64,000 nucleotides of DNA from Candidatus Nomurabacteria bacterium (GCA_029288725.1 JARIGS010000010.1:23947-87946), one strand, 5' to 3'. Shown: positions 38,094 to 48,248, counted from the stretch's first letter. Notes: generated by a model not told the origin, from the letters alone. A program made the numbers and translations.

Positions 38094-38759
38094 TTGAACA
38101 TAGAAAATCCAATAAAAAATAATTTTGAAAAAATTTTTTCAAAATTATTAAAAAAATCAGAAATTACAACATATCAATTCTTAAGAGGGAAATTTGATTC
38201 AGGAAATGAGACATACAGCATATGGTATGAAGCCATAGTAGGAAAGACGAATGATTATCGGGTTAAGTTTCTTTTTGAAATAAATTTGCAATTTCCCGAA
38301 GTTAATTTTAAGTCACGTGCAAATGCAAAAAAACTCACAATTTCTTGCTCATATATGTGTCTAATTGACGATAGTAGGGTAGTAGCAACGATAGTGTCTG
38401 AATTGAAGGCCTGGAGAAAGGGCGAATTGCATGAAAGATTATTCCAGAAAAGATTTTTGGAGCCACTACAAAGAAAGTATCCTAACATCATTCACAACGT
38501 CATTAAGACCTCTGATGCAGTGGATTCCGGGTACGGAGTTGATTTCATCATTCAATTCAAAATGGAGAAGCAAGGATTAAAAAAAGAACTTCACTTTAAC
38601 CTTAAATCGTCAAAAATATTTCTGGATCAGCATACAGAAATACATCCGAATGTCAGTACGTTTGTTTTTGTAAAGGATGATTTACGAGATATGAAAATCC
38701 TCGAAAAAAACTTTTTGCTATTTATGTCGTCAGCATTGTCCAAAGTTGTTAATTTCTAA
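38094..38759 (+). CDS. hypothetical protein in a locally AT-rich segment after the tRNA
   Basis: 221-aa ORF, AT-rich; terminator ATCCGC-CCTTGT-GCGGAT + T5 at 38765-38790. Confidence 0.45.
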   Translation: MNIENPIKNNFEKIFSKLLKKSEITTYQFLRGKFDSGNETYSIWYEAIVGKTNDYRVKFLFEINLQFPEVNFKSRANAKKLTISCSYMCLIDDSRVVATIVSELKAWRKGELHERLFQKRFLEPLQRKYPNIIHNVIKTSDAVDSGYGVDFIIQFKMEKQGLKKELHFNLKSSKIFLDQHTEIHPNVSTFVFVKDDLRDMKILEKNFLLFMSSALSKVVNF

Positions 38760-38839
38760 AACTTAAATCCGCCCTTGTGCGGATTTTTAATTTGCAACTT
38801 ATTTACTATTAGTCAATAGTAAGGTAGAATAGGGGAATT

Positions 38840-39520
38840 ATGATACTCAAGGTCGTCGCCACCCCCATAGGAAACCTTTCCGACTGTTCGCCTCGCGCAA
38901 AGGAGGTGCTTGAACAGGCGACACTGATTATTGCCGAAGATACGAGAACAACGGGACAGTTGCTCAAGTTGTTAGGCGTGGGTGGCAAGAAGGTCTTTAT
39001 GTCTTCTCATGCCCAGAGTAGCGCTGGCGCATTGCAGAAGACCCTAGAGGCCTGCCAGGAACATGAACAGATTGCCTTGGTCACTGACGCCGGTACACCC
39101 GCTATTTCTGACCCGGGTTCATTCTTCATCAGCCATTTCCGGGCAATGTATCCTGAGGCAATGGTAGTGCCCATTCCAGGCCCTTCAGCCGCTATTGCAG
39201 CCCTGTCAGTATCAGGATTTCCAGCTAGTCATTTTGAATTCATGGGCTTTATCCCACACAAGAAAGGCCGCCAGACCCTCTTTGCTTCATTGGCTGAAAA
39301 GGAGCACACCGTTGTCCTGTACGAGTCACCACACCGCATTCTGAAGACCTTAGAATCCTTGACGGAGGCACTGGGCGAGTCCCGTCTCATTATGGTAGGC
39401 AGGGAAATGACCAAGCAGTTCGAGGAATATCCTGTAGGTACCGCCAAGACCTTGCTTGAGTATTACACCACTCATAGCGATAAGGTTCGCGGGGAATTCG
39501 TCATTGTTATAAGTCCTTAG
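38840..39520 (+). CDS. rsmI: 16S rRNA (cytidine1402-2'-O)-methyltransferase
   Basis: MILKVVATPIGNLSDCSPRAKEVLEQATLIIAEDTR (tetrapyrrole-methylase-like RsmI). Confidence 0.9.
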   Translation: MILKVVATPIGNLSDCSPRAKEVLEQATLIIAEDTRTTGQLLKLLGVGGKKVFMSSHAQSSAGALQKTLEACQEHEQIALVTDAGTPAISDPGSFFISHFRAMYPEAMVVPIPGPSAAIAALSVSGFPASHFEFMGFIPHKKGRQTLFASLAEKEHTVVLYESPHRILKTLESLTEALGESRLIMVGREMTKQFEEYPVGTAKTLLEYYTTHSDKVRGEFVIVISP

Positions 39521-39548
39521 CCGCCTTCACCGATGTTATGGCGAGCCG

Positions 39549-39782
39549 ATGTGCTACAATAGGGACATGATCGCAAAACTTCGAGTATTATTTTGGCTGG
39601 GCATAGTGATGCTCTTCTTGCCTTTTTTTGGCATTCCCAATACTTGGAAAACCGTTATTGCTATCCTTATCGGCATGGGGCTGATATGGATATCAGTTGC
39701 CTTGCGCAAGCAGTATCGTGCGATGCGTCACGTTATCCGTAACCTTGAACAGACCGTAACCCAACAAACTTTTCATGAATAA
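39549..39782 (+). CDS. hypothetical small membrane protein
   Basis: two TM helices. Confidence 0.35.
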   Translation: MCYNRDMIAKLRVLFWLGIVMLFLPFFGIPNTWKTVIAILIGMGLIWISVALRKQYRAMRHVIRNLEQTVTQQTFHE

Positions 39783-41037
39783 TCCAACACTCGCACCACA
39801 TATCAAAACCGCTCTCCGCATCATTGGCGGCATTGTCATGGTCGGCTTGATATTCCTTGGCGGTGTCTATATCGGCTATGATAACCGCCCAGCTTTTGCC
39901 AAGGTTACCAATATCGTCCATCAGGACGCTATTGCCTCAAGTACCGACAGTAGCAAGCCGGTCACTATGACTGACTTTGCGCCGTTTTGGAAGGCGTGGG
40001 AATTGGCAAGCCAGAATTATGTCGCTGCTGACAAAACAACTGACCAGGACCGCATGTATGGTGCGATCAAGGGCATGCTAGCGGCCTATGGTGACCCATA
40101 TACGACCTTCTTCCCACCAGCAGAAAACACCCAGTTCCAGAGTCAGATTGCCGGATCATTTAGCGGTGTTGGATTGGAGCTTGGACAGAAGGACAATATT
40201 CTTACCGTTATTGCACCACTGAAGGATACACCTGCCGATGTTGCCGGTATCAAGCCAGGAGACAAAATTATCAAGATCAATGACACTGACACGACAAACA
40301 TCAGCGTTGACCAGGCTACCGATCTCATTCGTGGCAAGGAAGGCACCACGCTTACGCTCACGATTGTTCGTGATGGACTAACTGCACCAAAGGTCTTCAC
40401 TCTTACGCGTGCTACTATTGACCTGCCAACGGTTAAAACTGAGGATATTGCCAATAAGGGCGTCTTCGTCATTCATTTCTACAGTTTCTCTGCCCAGTCT
40501 GCCGACCTCTTCCGCAAGGCTATGGAGACGTACCTTAACTCCGGCGAGCATAAGCTGCTCCTTGACCTCCGAGGTAATCCCGGTGGCTATCTCGATGCGG
40601 CAGTGCAGATTGGTAGTGAATTCATTCCGCAGGGCGAAACGATCGTAAAGGAAATCGGCAAGACTCCAACTGATGTTACGATTTATACCAGTACTGGCCC
40701 AAAGATATTCCCTGATGGTGATAAGCTCATTATTCTGGCAGACAAGGGATCAGCCTCTGCAGCCGAAATTCTTTCTGGGGCATTGAGTGAACAGGGCATC
40801 GGTACGCTGGTTGGTGAACAGACCTTTGGTAAGGGCTCAGTCCAGCAGGTTATCCCTATCACTAGCGATACCTCAATGAAAGTAACAGTGGCAAAATGGT
40901 ATACGCCAAATGGCATTTCTATCTCAGAAAAGGGTCTCACTCCGAAAGTGGTCATTCCATTTGATCCAACCGCAAAGACCGACACTCAGCTTCAGAAGGC
41001 AATCGATCTCTTTGCCAACCCTAATCCTCAGCAATAA
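39775..41037 (+). CDS. carboxyl-terminal processing protease (S41) with PDZ domain
   Basis: PDZ GLELGQKDNILTVIAPLKDTPADVAGIKPGDKII; S41 LLLDLRGNPGGYL. Confidence 0.9.
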   Translation: MNNPTLAPHIKTALRIIGGIVMVGLIFLGGVYIGYDNRPAFAKVTNIVHQDAIASSTDSSKPVTMTDFAPFWKAWELASQNYVAADKTTDQDRMYGAIKGMLAAYGDPYTTFFPPAENTQFQSQIAGSFSGVGLELGQKDNILTVIAPLKDTPADVAGIKPGDKIIKINDTDTTNISVDQATDLIRGKEGTTLTLTIVRDGLTAPKVFTLTRATIDLPTVKTEDIANKGVFVIHFYSFSAQSADLFRKAMETYLNSGEHKLLLDLRGNPGGYLDAAVQIGSEFIPQGETIVKEIGKTPTDVTIYTSTGPKIFPDGDKLIILADKGSASAAEILSGALSEQGIGTLVGEQTFGKGSVQQVIPITSDTSMKVTVAKWYTPNGISISEKGLTPKVVIPFDPTAKTDTQLQKAIDLFANPNPQQ

Positions 41038-41042
41038 CTGAT

Positions 41043-41486
41043 ATGAAAATCATTCTCTTAAAAAACGTTCCGAAGCTTGGCAAGAAGGACGATATTATCA
41101 CCGTGCCTGACGGTTATGCCCAGAATGCACTGTTTCCTAAAAAGCTTGCAATCGTTGCCACTGATCAGGCCATTGCCGCTGTACAGCGCACTCAGCAAAA
41201 CAAAATCACCGAAAAGAAAATCCAGCATGAACTGCTTGATAAGGCGATTGAAAGTCTGACCGGAAGGACACTGGTCTACAAGGCCAAGGTAAATGAAAAG
41301 GGGAGTCTCTTTTCAAAAATCAGCGAGCACGATATCAGCAAGGCATTACTTGATCAGCATCGCATCTCGATTGATCCGTCATTACTAACGATTGACGGTA
41401 GTCCGATAAAGCAGATCGGTGACTATACTGTCACTATCAAGGAAGGAGAGTACAAGGCATCGTTTACCGTATCGGTAGTCAAATAA
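41043..41486 (+). CDS. rplI: 50S ribosomal protein L9
   Basis: MKIILLKNVPKLGKKDDIITVPDGYAQN. Confidence 0.9.
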   Translation: MKIILLKNVPKLGKKDDIITVPDGYAQNALFPKKLAIVATDQAIAAVQRTQQNKITEKKIQHELLDKAIESLTGRTLVYKAKVNEKGSLFSKISEHDISKALLDQHRISIDPSLLTIDGSPIKQIGDYTVTIKEGEYKASFTVSVVK

Positions 41487-41501
41487 AATAGCTCAGATAA
41501 T

Positions 41502-41530
41502 AAAAAACCTCTCAGATTGAGAGGTTTTTT
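41502..41530. terminator. bidirectional terminator between rplI and rpmA
   Basis: A6-CCTCTCA-GAT-TGAGAGG-T6. Confidence 0.7.
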
Positions 41531-41531
41531 A

Positions 41532-41816
41532 TTATGCGCGAGTATCGAGGATGTTCACCATCTTGCGAACGGTCGTGGTACCGTCGAAGTTAAGCTTGCG
41601 CTTCTGGGTGAACTTCACGAACCCTGGCTTCAATGCGTAGAGAGTGTGATCTTTACCCATTGCTACTGCCTTACCAGCAAGGATCTTGCTGCCGCGCTGA
41701 CGCACGATGATAGAACCAGCCTGTGCTGTCTGTCCGTCATAAAGCTTGGTACCAAGGTATTTTGGTAGGGAATCTGTTAGGTTTTTTGCCGCTCCTTGGG
41801 CTTTCTTATGTGCCAT
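41532..41816 (-). CDS. rpmA: 50S ribosomal protein L27
   Basis: MAHKKAQGAAKN... Confidence 0.9.
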   Translation of the reverse strand: MAHKKAQGAAKNLTDSLPKYLGTKLYDGQTAQAGSIIVRQRGSKILAGKAVAMGKDHTLYALKPGFVKFTQKRKLNFDGTTTVRKMVNILDTRA

Positions 41817-41884
41817 AGTGGTTCTATGATAGCCCAGAGTGTCCCTGGTGTCAATATGGCTGCTTTGGGGTATACTAAGACAAT

Positions 41885-42292
41885 ATGCAGGCCTTTATCA
41901 CTCGATATCAGCACGCTATTCTTGCCACAACTGGCATTCTGACCGTTTTAGCGGCCTTTTATACGGGCTTTTTGGAAGGAAAAAACACTGCCACTACTCA
42001 GCCCGTTACCCTTGCTTGCAATGACAATGTTTTAAGTAATTTGTCAATACCAGTAGAAGCATTGGCAAGGGGAGTGGTAGCTCACGCCTCCGATACATCT
42101 ACGGCGCTGCAAAGCATGCCAGGAGGACAGCCTACTAATGCTCCGTTGGGTAAATATGTCGGTTCTAAAAACAGCACCAAGTATTATGCGCCTTCATGCG
42201 GGGCAGTGAAGCGCATCAAGCCTGAAAACTATATGTGGTTCGACAGTGCGGAGGACGCCCAGATACAGGGATACACACCAGGAAAATGTTAA
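41885..42292 (+). CDS. hypothetical exported protein with C-terminal Cys-containing motif
   Basis: N-terminal TM; C-terminus YYAPSCGAVKRIKPENYMWFDSAEDAQIQGYTPGKC. Confidence 0.4.
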   Translation: MQAFITRYQHAILATTGILTVLAAFYTGFLEGKNTATTQPVTLACNDNVLSNLSIPVEALARGVVAHASDTSTALQSMPGGQPTNAPLGKYVGSKNSTKYYAPSCGAVKRIKPENYMWFDSAEDAQIQGYTPGKC

Positions 42293-43224
42293 AGTCGATT
42301 TTGTCAGTAGCTATAATGGGTGCGCTTGGCTTGTTTATCTTCGCACTGGCTTTGCCGACTCAGGCCAATCAGGTGGCGCAGAGTGTCCTCGGAAACGTTG
42401 TTGCGCTTGATAGTATGAGCAATGTTACCAGTGCGCCAGTACACGCAATTTCTCAAGCAGTGTCTTCAGCGGTATCTTCCGTATTGACGAAAAAGGGAAG
42501 TACGACGAGCACTTCGACTACTACCAGCACTCCTCAAGACAACTCGCCCTTGTCTGTTGAGAATATTGTTGATGCTACGAATAAGGAGCGCATCAAGGCT
42601 GGCTTGCCACCACTCAAAACCAATACCAAATTGGAAACGTCAGCCAAGATCAAGGTCAATGACATGATTACCAACCAGTACTTTGAACATACGTCGCCGT
42701 CCGGCAAGACCGTGGCAGACCTCGGCAATGAGGTAGGGTATGACTACGTCATCATGGGTGAGAATCTTGCCTTGGGCGACTTTGCCAATGCCGATGATTT
42801 GCTGCAGGCCTGGATGAATAGCCCCGGTCATCGCGCAAACATTCTTAACACCTCATACCAGGACATCGGAGTCTATGCGGCGCAGGGCACGTATCAAGGT
42901 CAGACTGTCTGGTTCGCCGTACAGCATTTTGGAACGGAGCGGGGAGTCTGCCCGGCTATTAGCACTTCACTGAAGTCGAGCATCGACTCACTCAATGCCT
43001 TGATCAAAAAAGAGGAGACTGACATCACGACTATTCGTACCCAGATCGAGGCACCGGATCATGCCAATGACCAGAGCTACTCAACTCTCATCAACCAGTT
43101 CAATTCCTTGGTTGCTCAATACAATGCCAACGTCACTGCTTCGCAGAAACAAATTGCTCAGTACAACCAACAGGTGACTACCTTCAATAAGTGCCTTTCC
43201 CAGTACCAGGTATCAAAAGAGTAG
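42286..43224 (+). CDS. secreted CAP (SCP/PR1-like, YkwD-type) domain protein
   Basis: ATNKERIKAGLPPL...AWMNSPGHRANIL CAP signatures; signal peptide. Confidence 0.8.
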   Translation: MLKSILSVAIMGALGLFIFALALPTQANQVAQSVLGNVVALDSMSNVTSAPVHAISQAVSSAVSSVLTKKGSTTSTSTTTSTPQDNSPLSVENIVDATNKERIKAGLPPLKTNTKLETSAKIKVNDMITNQYFEHTSPSGKTVADLGNEVGYDYVIMGENLALGDFANADDLLQAWMNSPGHRANILNTSYQDIGVYAAQGTYQGQTVWFAVQHFGTERGVCPAISTSLKSSIDSLNALIKKEETDITTIRTQIEAPDHANDQSYSTLINQFNSLVAQYNANVTASQKQIAQYNQQVTTFNKCLSQYQVSKE

Positions 43225-43350
43225 GGCCCTCCCTGAAATATATGTAACGTCGCACAATAAGTGTTTTACGACATATAATATAGAAAATAAGGCTTATATA
43301 ATAAAGCCTGCGCTGCCTGAGGTATGTATACGTGGTATCATTCCCTACAC

Positions 43351-43845
43351 ATGACGGAAGAAAAAACGATCAATCTAGAATGGTTTAATATTGCCGCAAA
43401 ATCTGCACAAAAATCTCTCTGCTTACGTGACAAATGCGGCGCAGCCATTGTTCTTAATGGAAAGGTCATTGCCGAAGGCTACAATGCTCCACCACAAGAC
43501 AGCCTCGATAACCAAAAATGCGGTTATGACTTCCCTGTCGCTCATCGTAAAAAACCGAAGTCAGACTGCACGTGCTGTATGCACGCCGAATGGCGCGCCA
43601 TCATGGATGCGCTCAAGGCTGGTGTTGACCTTGCCGGTAGCACGCTGTACTTCACCCGTGTCGATGATCAAGGCCAGATTCTTTTTTCCGGTGAACCATA
43701 CTGTACCGTTTGCAGTCGCTTAGCCCTCGATGCCGGTATCAGCTTCTGGGCTCTTTGGCATGACCCTGAACCGATGCTCTACGATGCACAGGAATACAAT
43801 GACCTGTCATACGCATTTCACCTAAAACAAAAAAGCCTCACGTAG
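43351..43845 (+). CDS. CMP/dCMP-type zinc deaminase
   Basis: CMHAEWRAI (HAE) and PCTVCSRL (PCxxC) zinc ligands. Confidence 0.8.
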   Translation: MTEEKTINLEWFNIAAKSAQKSLCLRDKCGAAIVLNGKVIAEGYNAPPQDSLDNQKCGYDFPVAHRKKPKSDCTCCMHAEWRAIMDALKAGVDLAGSTLYFTRVDDQGQILFSGEPYCTVCSRLALDAGISFWALWHDPEPMLYDAQEYNDLSYAFHLKQKSLT

Positions 43846-43853
43846 GCTTTTTT

Positions 43854-44297
43854 TTATTTTCCAATCTGAAATTCTTCGCCTGTTGTAGTACCAATTTCAA
43901 ATTGGTATGTTCCAGGATCGATTCTTTGTGGGACCGTGTATGCGTACGAACCGGTATTTGGGACATGGTAGAGGCGATCAACGCTGCTGACTGAGGCACC
44001 GACCGGTTTCAGTGCGACATCAATAAGGAAAATATCGGTCATGCCTTCCCCATTTCCCGCCCATTGCAGCGTGTAAGTTTTCCCTATTGTTAAGCGATCA
44101 TTCTTTTGCGGAAATATAATAGTTGTATCAGCAGAAGCCGGTGTTGATATCGAATGCGGTACGTGTGGCGTCATTTTCTGTCGAACACGCATTAAGGCAT
44201 ATGTTCCTATTCCACCTACTACCACTATGCAAAGTATGATAATCCAGTTTTTTCTCATGGTTATACATACATTGTACATCATAGTAAAAACCCTCAT
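43854..44297 (-). CDS. hypothetical secreted protein
   Basis: N-terminal TM/signal. Confidence 0.4.
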   Translation of the reverse strand: MRVFTMMYNVCITMRKNWIIILCIVVVGGIGTYALMRVRQKMTPHVPHSISTPASADTTIIFPQKNDRLTIGKTYTLQWAGNGEGMTDIFLIDVALKPVGASVSSVDRLYHVPNTGSYAYTVPQRIDPGTYQFEIGTTTGEEFQIGK

Positions 44298-44335
44298 GAC
44301 GAGGGTTTGGTGTTTTTTAAATGAACATACAATAG

Positions 44336-44902
44336 CTACAACCGATTGTAATTTTCCGGTGCAATGATGAATCGTCTTTTGTTAACCAGATCAATGATAG
44401 TACGATCAAGGGTGTGTTGCGCCTCACATAATTCCTCTTCCAAATTCTTCGCCTCGAGTACGGCCTCTGCTGTCTCTCGAGATAGCATCTCGTGATATCT
44501 CCTCAATACTTTCTTGTAAGTCCTAAACTGCTCAGCAAATGCAAGGTCTTTTCGCTGCTCATCGTACAGAAACGGCCGAAGAAAGTCGCTCAGCTTTTGT
44601 TCGGCAAGGAGTGCGTCCTGTTTTTGTTTTCTCGGCTCAAATACCATGTGTATTATTTTTTCAGAAAATGGGCCAATCTTTTTTCTTTTATTCTTCGCAC
44701 CCTGTTTCTTATTGCCGACATACAGCATCGTAACCATATACATATTCTCAGCAATTCCCTGAATGTGTTCTATCTGGACTGGTAGTAGTGGGATGGGTCC
44801 AATAGTTGTTTCGTGGGATTCCAATCGATCATATTTCGCGATGATCTCTCTGCTTGTTTTAAAATCTTTGAAAAATTCCTCTAGTACTTCTTTGTTGTCC
44901 AT
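44336..44902 (-). CDS. hypothetical protein
   Basis: ORF only. Confidence 0.4.
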   Translation of the reverse strand: MDNKEVLEEFFKDFKTSREIIAKYDRLESHETTIGPIPLLPVQIEHIQGIAENMYMVTMLYVGNKKQGAKNKRKKIGPFSEKIIHMVFEPRKQKQDALLAEQKLSDFLRPFLYDEQRKDLAFAEQFRTYKKVLRRYHEMLSRETAEAVLEAKNLEEELCEAQHTLDRTIIDLVNKRRFIIAPENYNRL

Positions 44903-45484
44903 TTGTCCATGTTATTAAGGTGTGTTTTCCCTACTCTACCACATATCCTTTACAAAATCAACGAGTGTGGTAAAGTAAAGAAAAAAGTTATGACAAGAGA
45001 CATACCGATTACCTGCCCAATGGATTATTTCATTCGGTTTTGGGTGTGGAACGAGCAGTTAAAAAAGTTGCCTAATCACCCTGATCACTTCTTTCGATTT
45101 AAATGTGCCGATAGAATATCGCGCACATGCGAGAAAATCGTTACCAAAAATTATCATGAGATGATAAGGGAGCTATTTCCTCAAAAACAAGGATTGCTCG
45201 AAAGTGTTGAGGCCATAAAAGATAGCATGCGCTGGAGAAAGGTGCATGGTGAAAAAATCAAAGTCGCCATAACCTTAATGGAAATGGCCGATAACGCGCC
45301 GTCTAAAAAAGAGCGTGTTGAGGCCAGGAAAAAAACCCAGCTCATCTTCAAAAATGACTATCAATTAATGGAGATTGTCAGCCACATGCAAAAGCTTACT
45401 CATGCAACCTTTATTTCTTTCCCTGAAATTAAAAAAGAGTTGCAGGTACTCTCCCCTCGTCATGCCTTGCTGAAGAGGCATTAA
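44903..45484 (+). CDS. hypothetical protein
   Basis: ORF only. Confidence 0.4.
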   Translation: MSMLLRCVFPTLPHILYKINECGKVKKKVMTRDIPITCPMDYFIRFWVWNEQLKKLPNHPDHFFRFKCADRISRTCEKIVTKNYHEMIRELFPQKQGLLESVEAIKDSMRWRKVHGEKIKVAITLMEMADNAPSKKERVEARKKTQLIFKNDYQLMEIVSHMQKLTHATFISFPEIKKELQVLSPRHALLKRH

Positions 45485-45519
45485 CACAATGCCCCCTAAA
45501 GTAATTTAGGGGGCATTTA

Positions 45520-45543
45520 ATATATTGACAATGTCAATATATG
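45520..45543. promoter_or_regulatory. 23-bp perfect palindrome ATATATTGACA-A-TGTCAATATAT (member of the TTGAC-N3-GTCAA motif family) overlapping the -35 of the 45591 gene
   Basis: read directly; TTGACA-17-TATGGT, then AAGGAGG RBS and ATG at 45591. Confidence 0.5.
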
Positions 45544-45590
45544 TTTGTATGGTGTAGAAAACTATTGTTGTACCTAAAAAAGGAGGAAGT

Positions 45591-45908
45591 ATGCAAACAT
45601 CAGCCCCAAGCACCCCCGATAATTCGATGGAAAAATTTGACGAGGTATTTTTTAGCATTACCGGCATGCATAGAAAAGATGTATGCCCGAGAGAGAATGA
45701 CGGTGCCATACTGGCCAGGCATCAAAAGAAGGTCCCGACCGGATGGCCGTTAGGAATTCCTACTGACTATGCCGAAAAGGAGGTCAGGCTCAGCTCCCTT
45801 ATCGGGTTGTCGGTGGGTAAAAAATGGGAACACGCGCCTGCCCAGCCCGATGGAGAGTATATCTTGGTATTCCCTCCTAATATCGAAGCCATGATGGATG
45901 TGGCATAA
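45591..45908 (+). CDS. hypothetical protein
   Basis: good RBS AAGGAGG 7 nt upstream. Confidence 0.45.
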   Translation: MQTSAPSTPDNSMEKFDEVFFSITGMHRKDVCPRENDGAILARHQKKVPTGWPLGIPTDYAEKEVRLSSLIGLSVGKKWEHAPAQPDGEYILVFPPNIEAMMDVA

Positions 45909-45973
45909 AACAAGAGAGACATTTCGATGTCTCTTTTTTTATTGCATTTGATAAATATCATAAGAGGTGTAGT

Positions 45974-46621
45974 ATGGTAAAAAACTTACAATATATGAAG
46001 AAATCCTCAGAATTAGCCGACATACTGCTCGTGCAGCAGTATCAGGCAGGTGATGACAAATCTTTTGGCGTTATTTTTTCAAAATACCACGCCAGCATTG
46101 AAATGCTCATAAGGACATATGTCCAGGATGAAGACATTGCACAAGATCTTACACAAGATGTCTTTGAAAAAGCTCTTACGTGGATTAAAAACAATTCGTA
46201 TGATGCCGATGGCGGGATTAAACCCTGGTTGGTGCGTATAGCAACAAACATCTGTATGGACTATTTCCGCAAGCAGCAACGAGTGCGTAAGACCATTGAT
46301 GCTTTTCCCCTCTCAGAAATTAATGATGATAATGAGACTATGGAAATGTTCGATGATTACTATTATCGCGATATTGAACGGATCCTCATCAATAAGGATT
46401 GTCGCGATGAGGCCGTTATGCTCATTCGCTGCCTGTGTCCGGAACAGAAAGAAGTGCTGCTCATGCGGTATTATTGCAACTTATCGTTTAGGCAGATTAC
46501 CGAGGTGTTTGGAGAAAGTATTAACACTACCCTGGGGCGGATGCGCTATGCGCTGCGAAATTTACAGAAGCTACAAAAAACAATGATGCAAAAAGAAGCG
46601 ACGGTACTTTTATCCGCATGA
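45974..46621 (+). CDS. sigma-70 family (ECF-like) RNA polymerase sigma factor
   Basis: region 2 DLTQDVFEKALTW...WLVRIATNICMDYFRK; region 4 LSFRQITEVFGESINTTLGRMRYALRNLQK. Confidence 0.75.
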   Translation: MVKNLQYMKKSSELADILLVQQYQAGDDKSFGVIFSKYHASIEMLIRTYVQDEDIAQDLTQDVFEKALTWIKNNSYDADGGIKPWLVRIATNICMDYFRKQQRVRKTIDAFPLSEINDDNETMEMFDDYYYRDIERILINKDCRDEAVMLIRCLCPEQKEVLLMRYYCNLSFRQITEVFGESINTTLGRMRYALRNLQKLQKTMMQKEATVLLSA

Positions 46622-46657
46622 CCAAATCACCCTTACCTGTAAAAGGTAAGGGTGATT

Positions 46658-47284
46658 TTATATTTCTCGATGCCGGGCTTTCTTGTTGAGGTTATTGATG
46701 ATCTTCTTCCAAAAGATTGCAACAGCCAGGGCGATGGCAAGAAAGAAGAGAATGCTGAAGTTGCCGATGAGATTGTTCACCGCCTGCCAGCTGTCGCCAA
46801 AAAGATAGCCGATCATTCCGTAAAAGAATGCATCGACGAATGCACCGAGGGTTTCGTAGATCATGAACTTGCGGTAGCTAACCTTACCCAACCCACAGAT
46901 CAAGTTGACGGTCAGCGTTGCAATGACTTCAAAGCGGCTGATGAAGATTACGAAGCCCGGACGGTCACTGATACTGTCTTCGATGAGGGTGAAATTCTTG
47001 GAGGTGAGGATCTTGCGCATGAAGCCGATGCGATAGAGCACTTTCTTTCCGTAGAGGCGGGCCAGCCAGAACAGGATGTTGTCACCGGCAATATTGGCAA
47101 CAATGACCACCCCAATCAGAACGACGATATTAAAATAGCCCTGACTGGCAAATGCCGCAGAGGCCACTAATAGCGTGCCTGCCGGGATGGGCAATGCCAA
47201 CGAGGCCAGGAAGGTAATGACAAAAAGCGCACTGTACTTATAGAGCAGGATGTATGGAAGGATAGTCTGAGCCAAGGCATCCAT
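46658..47284 (-). CDS. DedA/VTT-domain membrane protein
   Basis: GDNILFWLARLYGKK...GFVIFISRF. Confidence 0.85.
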   Translation of the reverse strand: MDALAQTILPYILLYKYSALFVITFLASLALPIPAGTLLVASAAFASQGYFNIVVLIGVVIVANIAGDNILFWLARLYGKKVLYRIGFMRKILTSKNFTLIEDSISDRPGFVIFISRFEVIATLTVNLICGLGKVSYRKFMIYETLGAFVDAFFYGMIGYLFGDSWQAVNNLIGNFSILFFLAIALAVAIFWKKIINNLNKKARHREI

Positions 47285-47289
47285 AGGTA

Positions 47290-47685
47290 TTAATGGGTGT
47301 TTTGTTGGTAATTGATAATGGCGACCTGTACGGCCTGGACGAATGCCGAACTGCTTAAGCCGTGCCGCTTCACGTAATAATCGATACGCATATTTGGATA
47401 GCGAGGATCAGTAATGTCCAAAACGTTCTGGAGGTAATTTTTCGGCAATTTAAATACGACGTTGAGATAATCAAACGTCATCCAGCTTCTGATGCTGTTG
47501 ACCGTGATCGGATGATAGACTCGTGTTGTCCCCTCCCGCGTATAGGTTGGCTGCAGCTCCCCTGTTTGATAGTCCTTTTTTACGTTAAATACAAACCACC
47601 ACAATGAAAACAGACAGACCGCGGCCAGAAGGATTACGCCGCTTATCTTAAGTATCTTTATCTGGCGATGAGTGAGTTTTTTCAT
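47290..47685 (-). CDS. hypothetical membrane-anchored protein
   Basis: N-terminal TM. Confidence 0.4.
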   Translation of the reverse strand: MKKLTHRQIKILKISGVILLAAVCLFSLWWFVFNVKKDYQTGELQPTYTREGTTRVYHPITVNSIRSWMTFDYLNVVFKLPKNYLQNVLDITDPRYPNMRIDYYVKRHGLSSSAFVQAVQVAIINYQQNTH

Positions 47686-47686
47686 G

Positions 47687-48067
47687 CTAGTGCTTGTTGA
47701 GAATGTCTAAAATTTTATCAAGCTTTTCCGTTTCAATTGCGTGAAGACGTTCGGTGATATTTTCAATTTCTTTCTTTGACTCAACGTTGGTTTCGTAGTC
47801 GGCATCAGCCCGAAGTTCGGCATGGCGGCTCTGCAAATTTTGTCCGACCATGATGATAGAAAGCAGTACGAGCTGCAAAAATGTCTGAGCAATCCAGGAA
47901 ATAGTAGGAGCCACTCCCCCTTCAATGGCCTTTGGTAGGCTGATGAGCGCAATGAGGGCAAAGGCAATGGCGCACCACATCGTGCCGACAATCCTGGTAA
48001 TAAACAGTGCTACCTTATCAAGGGCGGTGAGACTGGCACGGTGTTCCTTGTTTACGTTTCTGGTCAT
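47687..48067 (-). CDS. DUF1003-like membrane protein
   Basis: 2 TM + C-terminal coiled coil; start uncertain (48067 or 48106). Confidence 0.5.
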   Translation of the reverse strand: MTRNVNKEHRASLTALDKVALFITRIVGTMWCAIAFALIALISLPKAIEGGVAPTISWIAQTFLQLVLLSIIMVGQNLQSRHAELRADADYETNVESKKEIENITERLHAIETEKLDKILDILNKH

Positions 48068-48248
48068 AGCCGCATTATACAATATCTGTGGAGAAAAGAC
48101 TTGCATTATTTTTTGGTAGGTATATAAATAAGAATAAGATTATCTGGTTTTAATTGTTGTAATGACCGGAAGTGCAGTAGTGATTTTCTGCTCTTCCGGT
48201 TTTTTATTTTAGCTTTATATATAAACATTTTATTGGTATACTGCGCTC

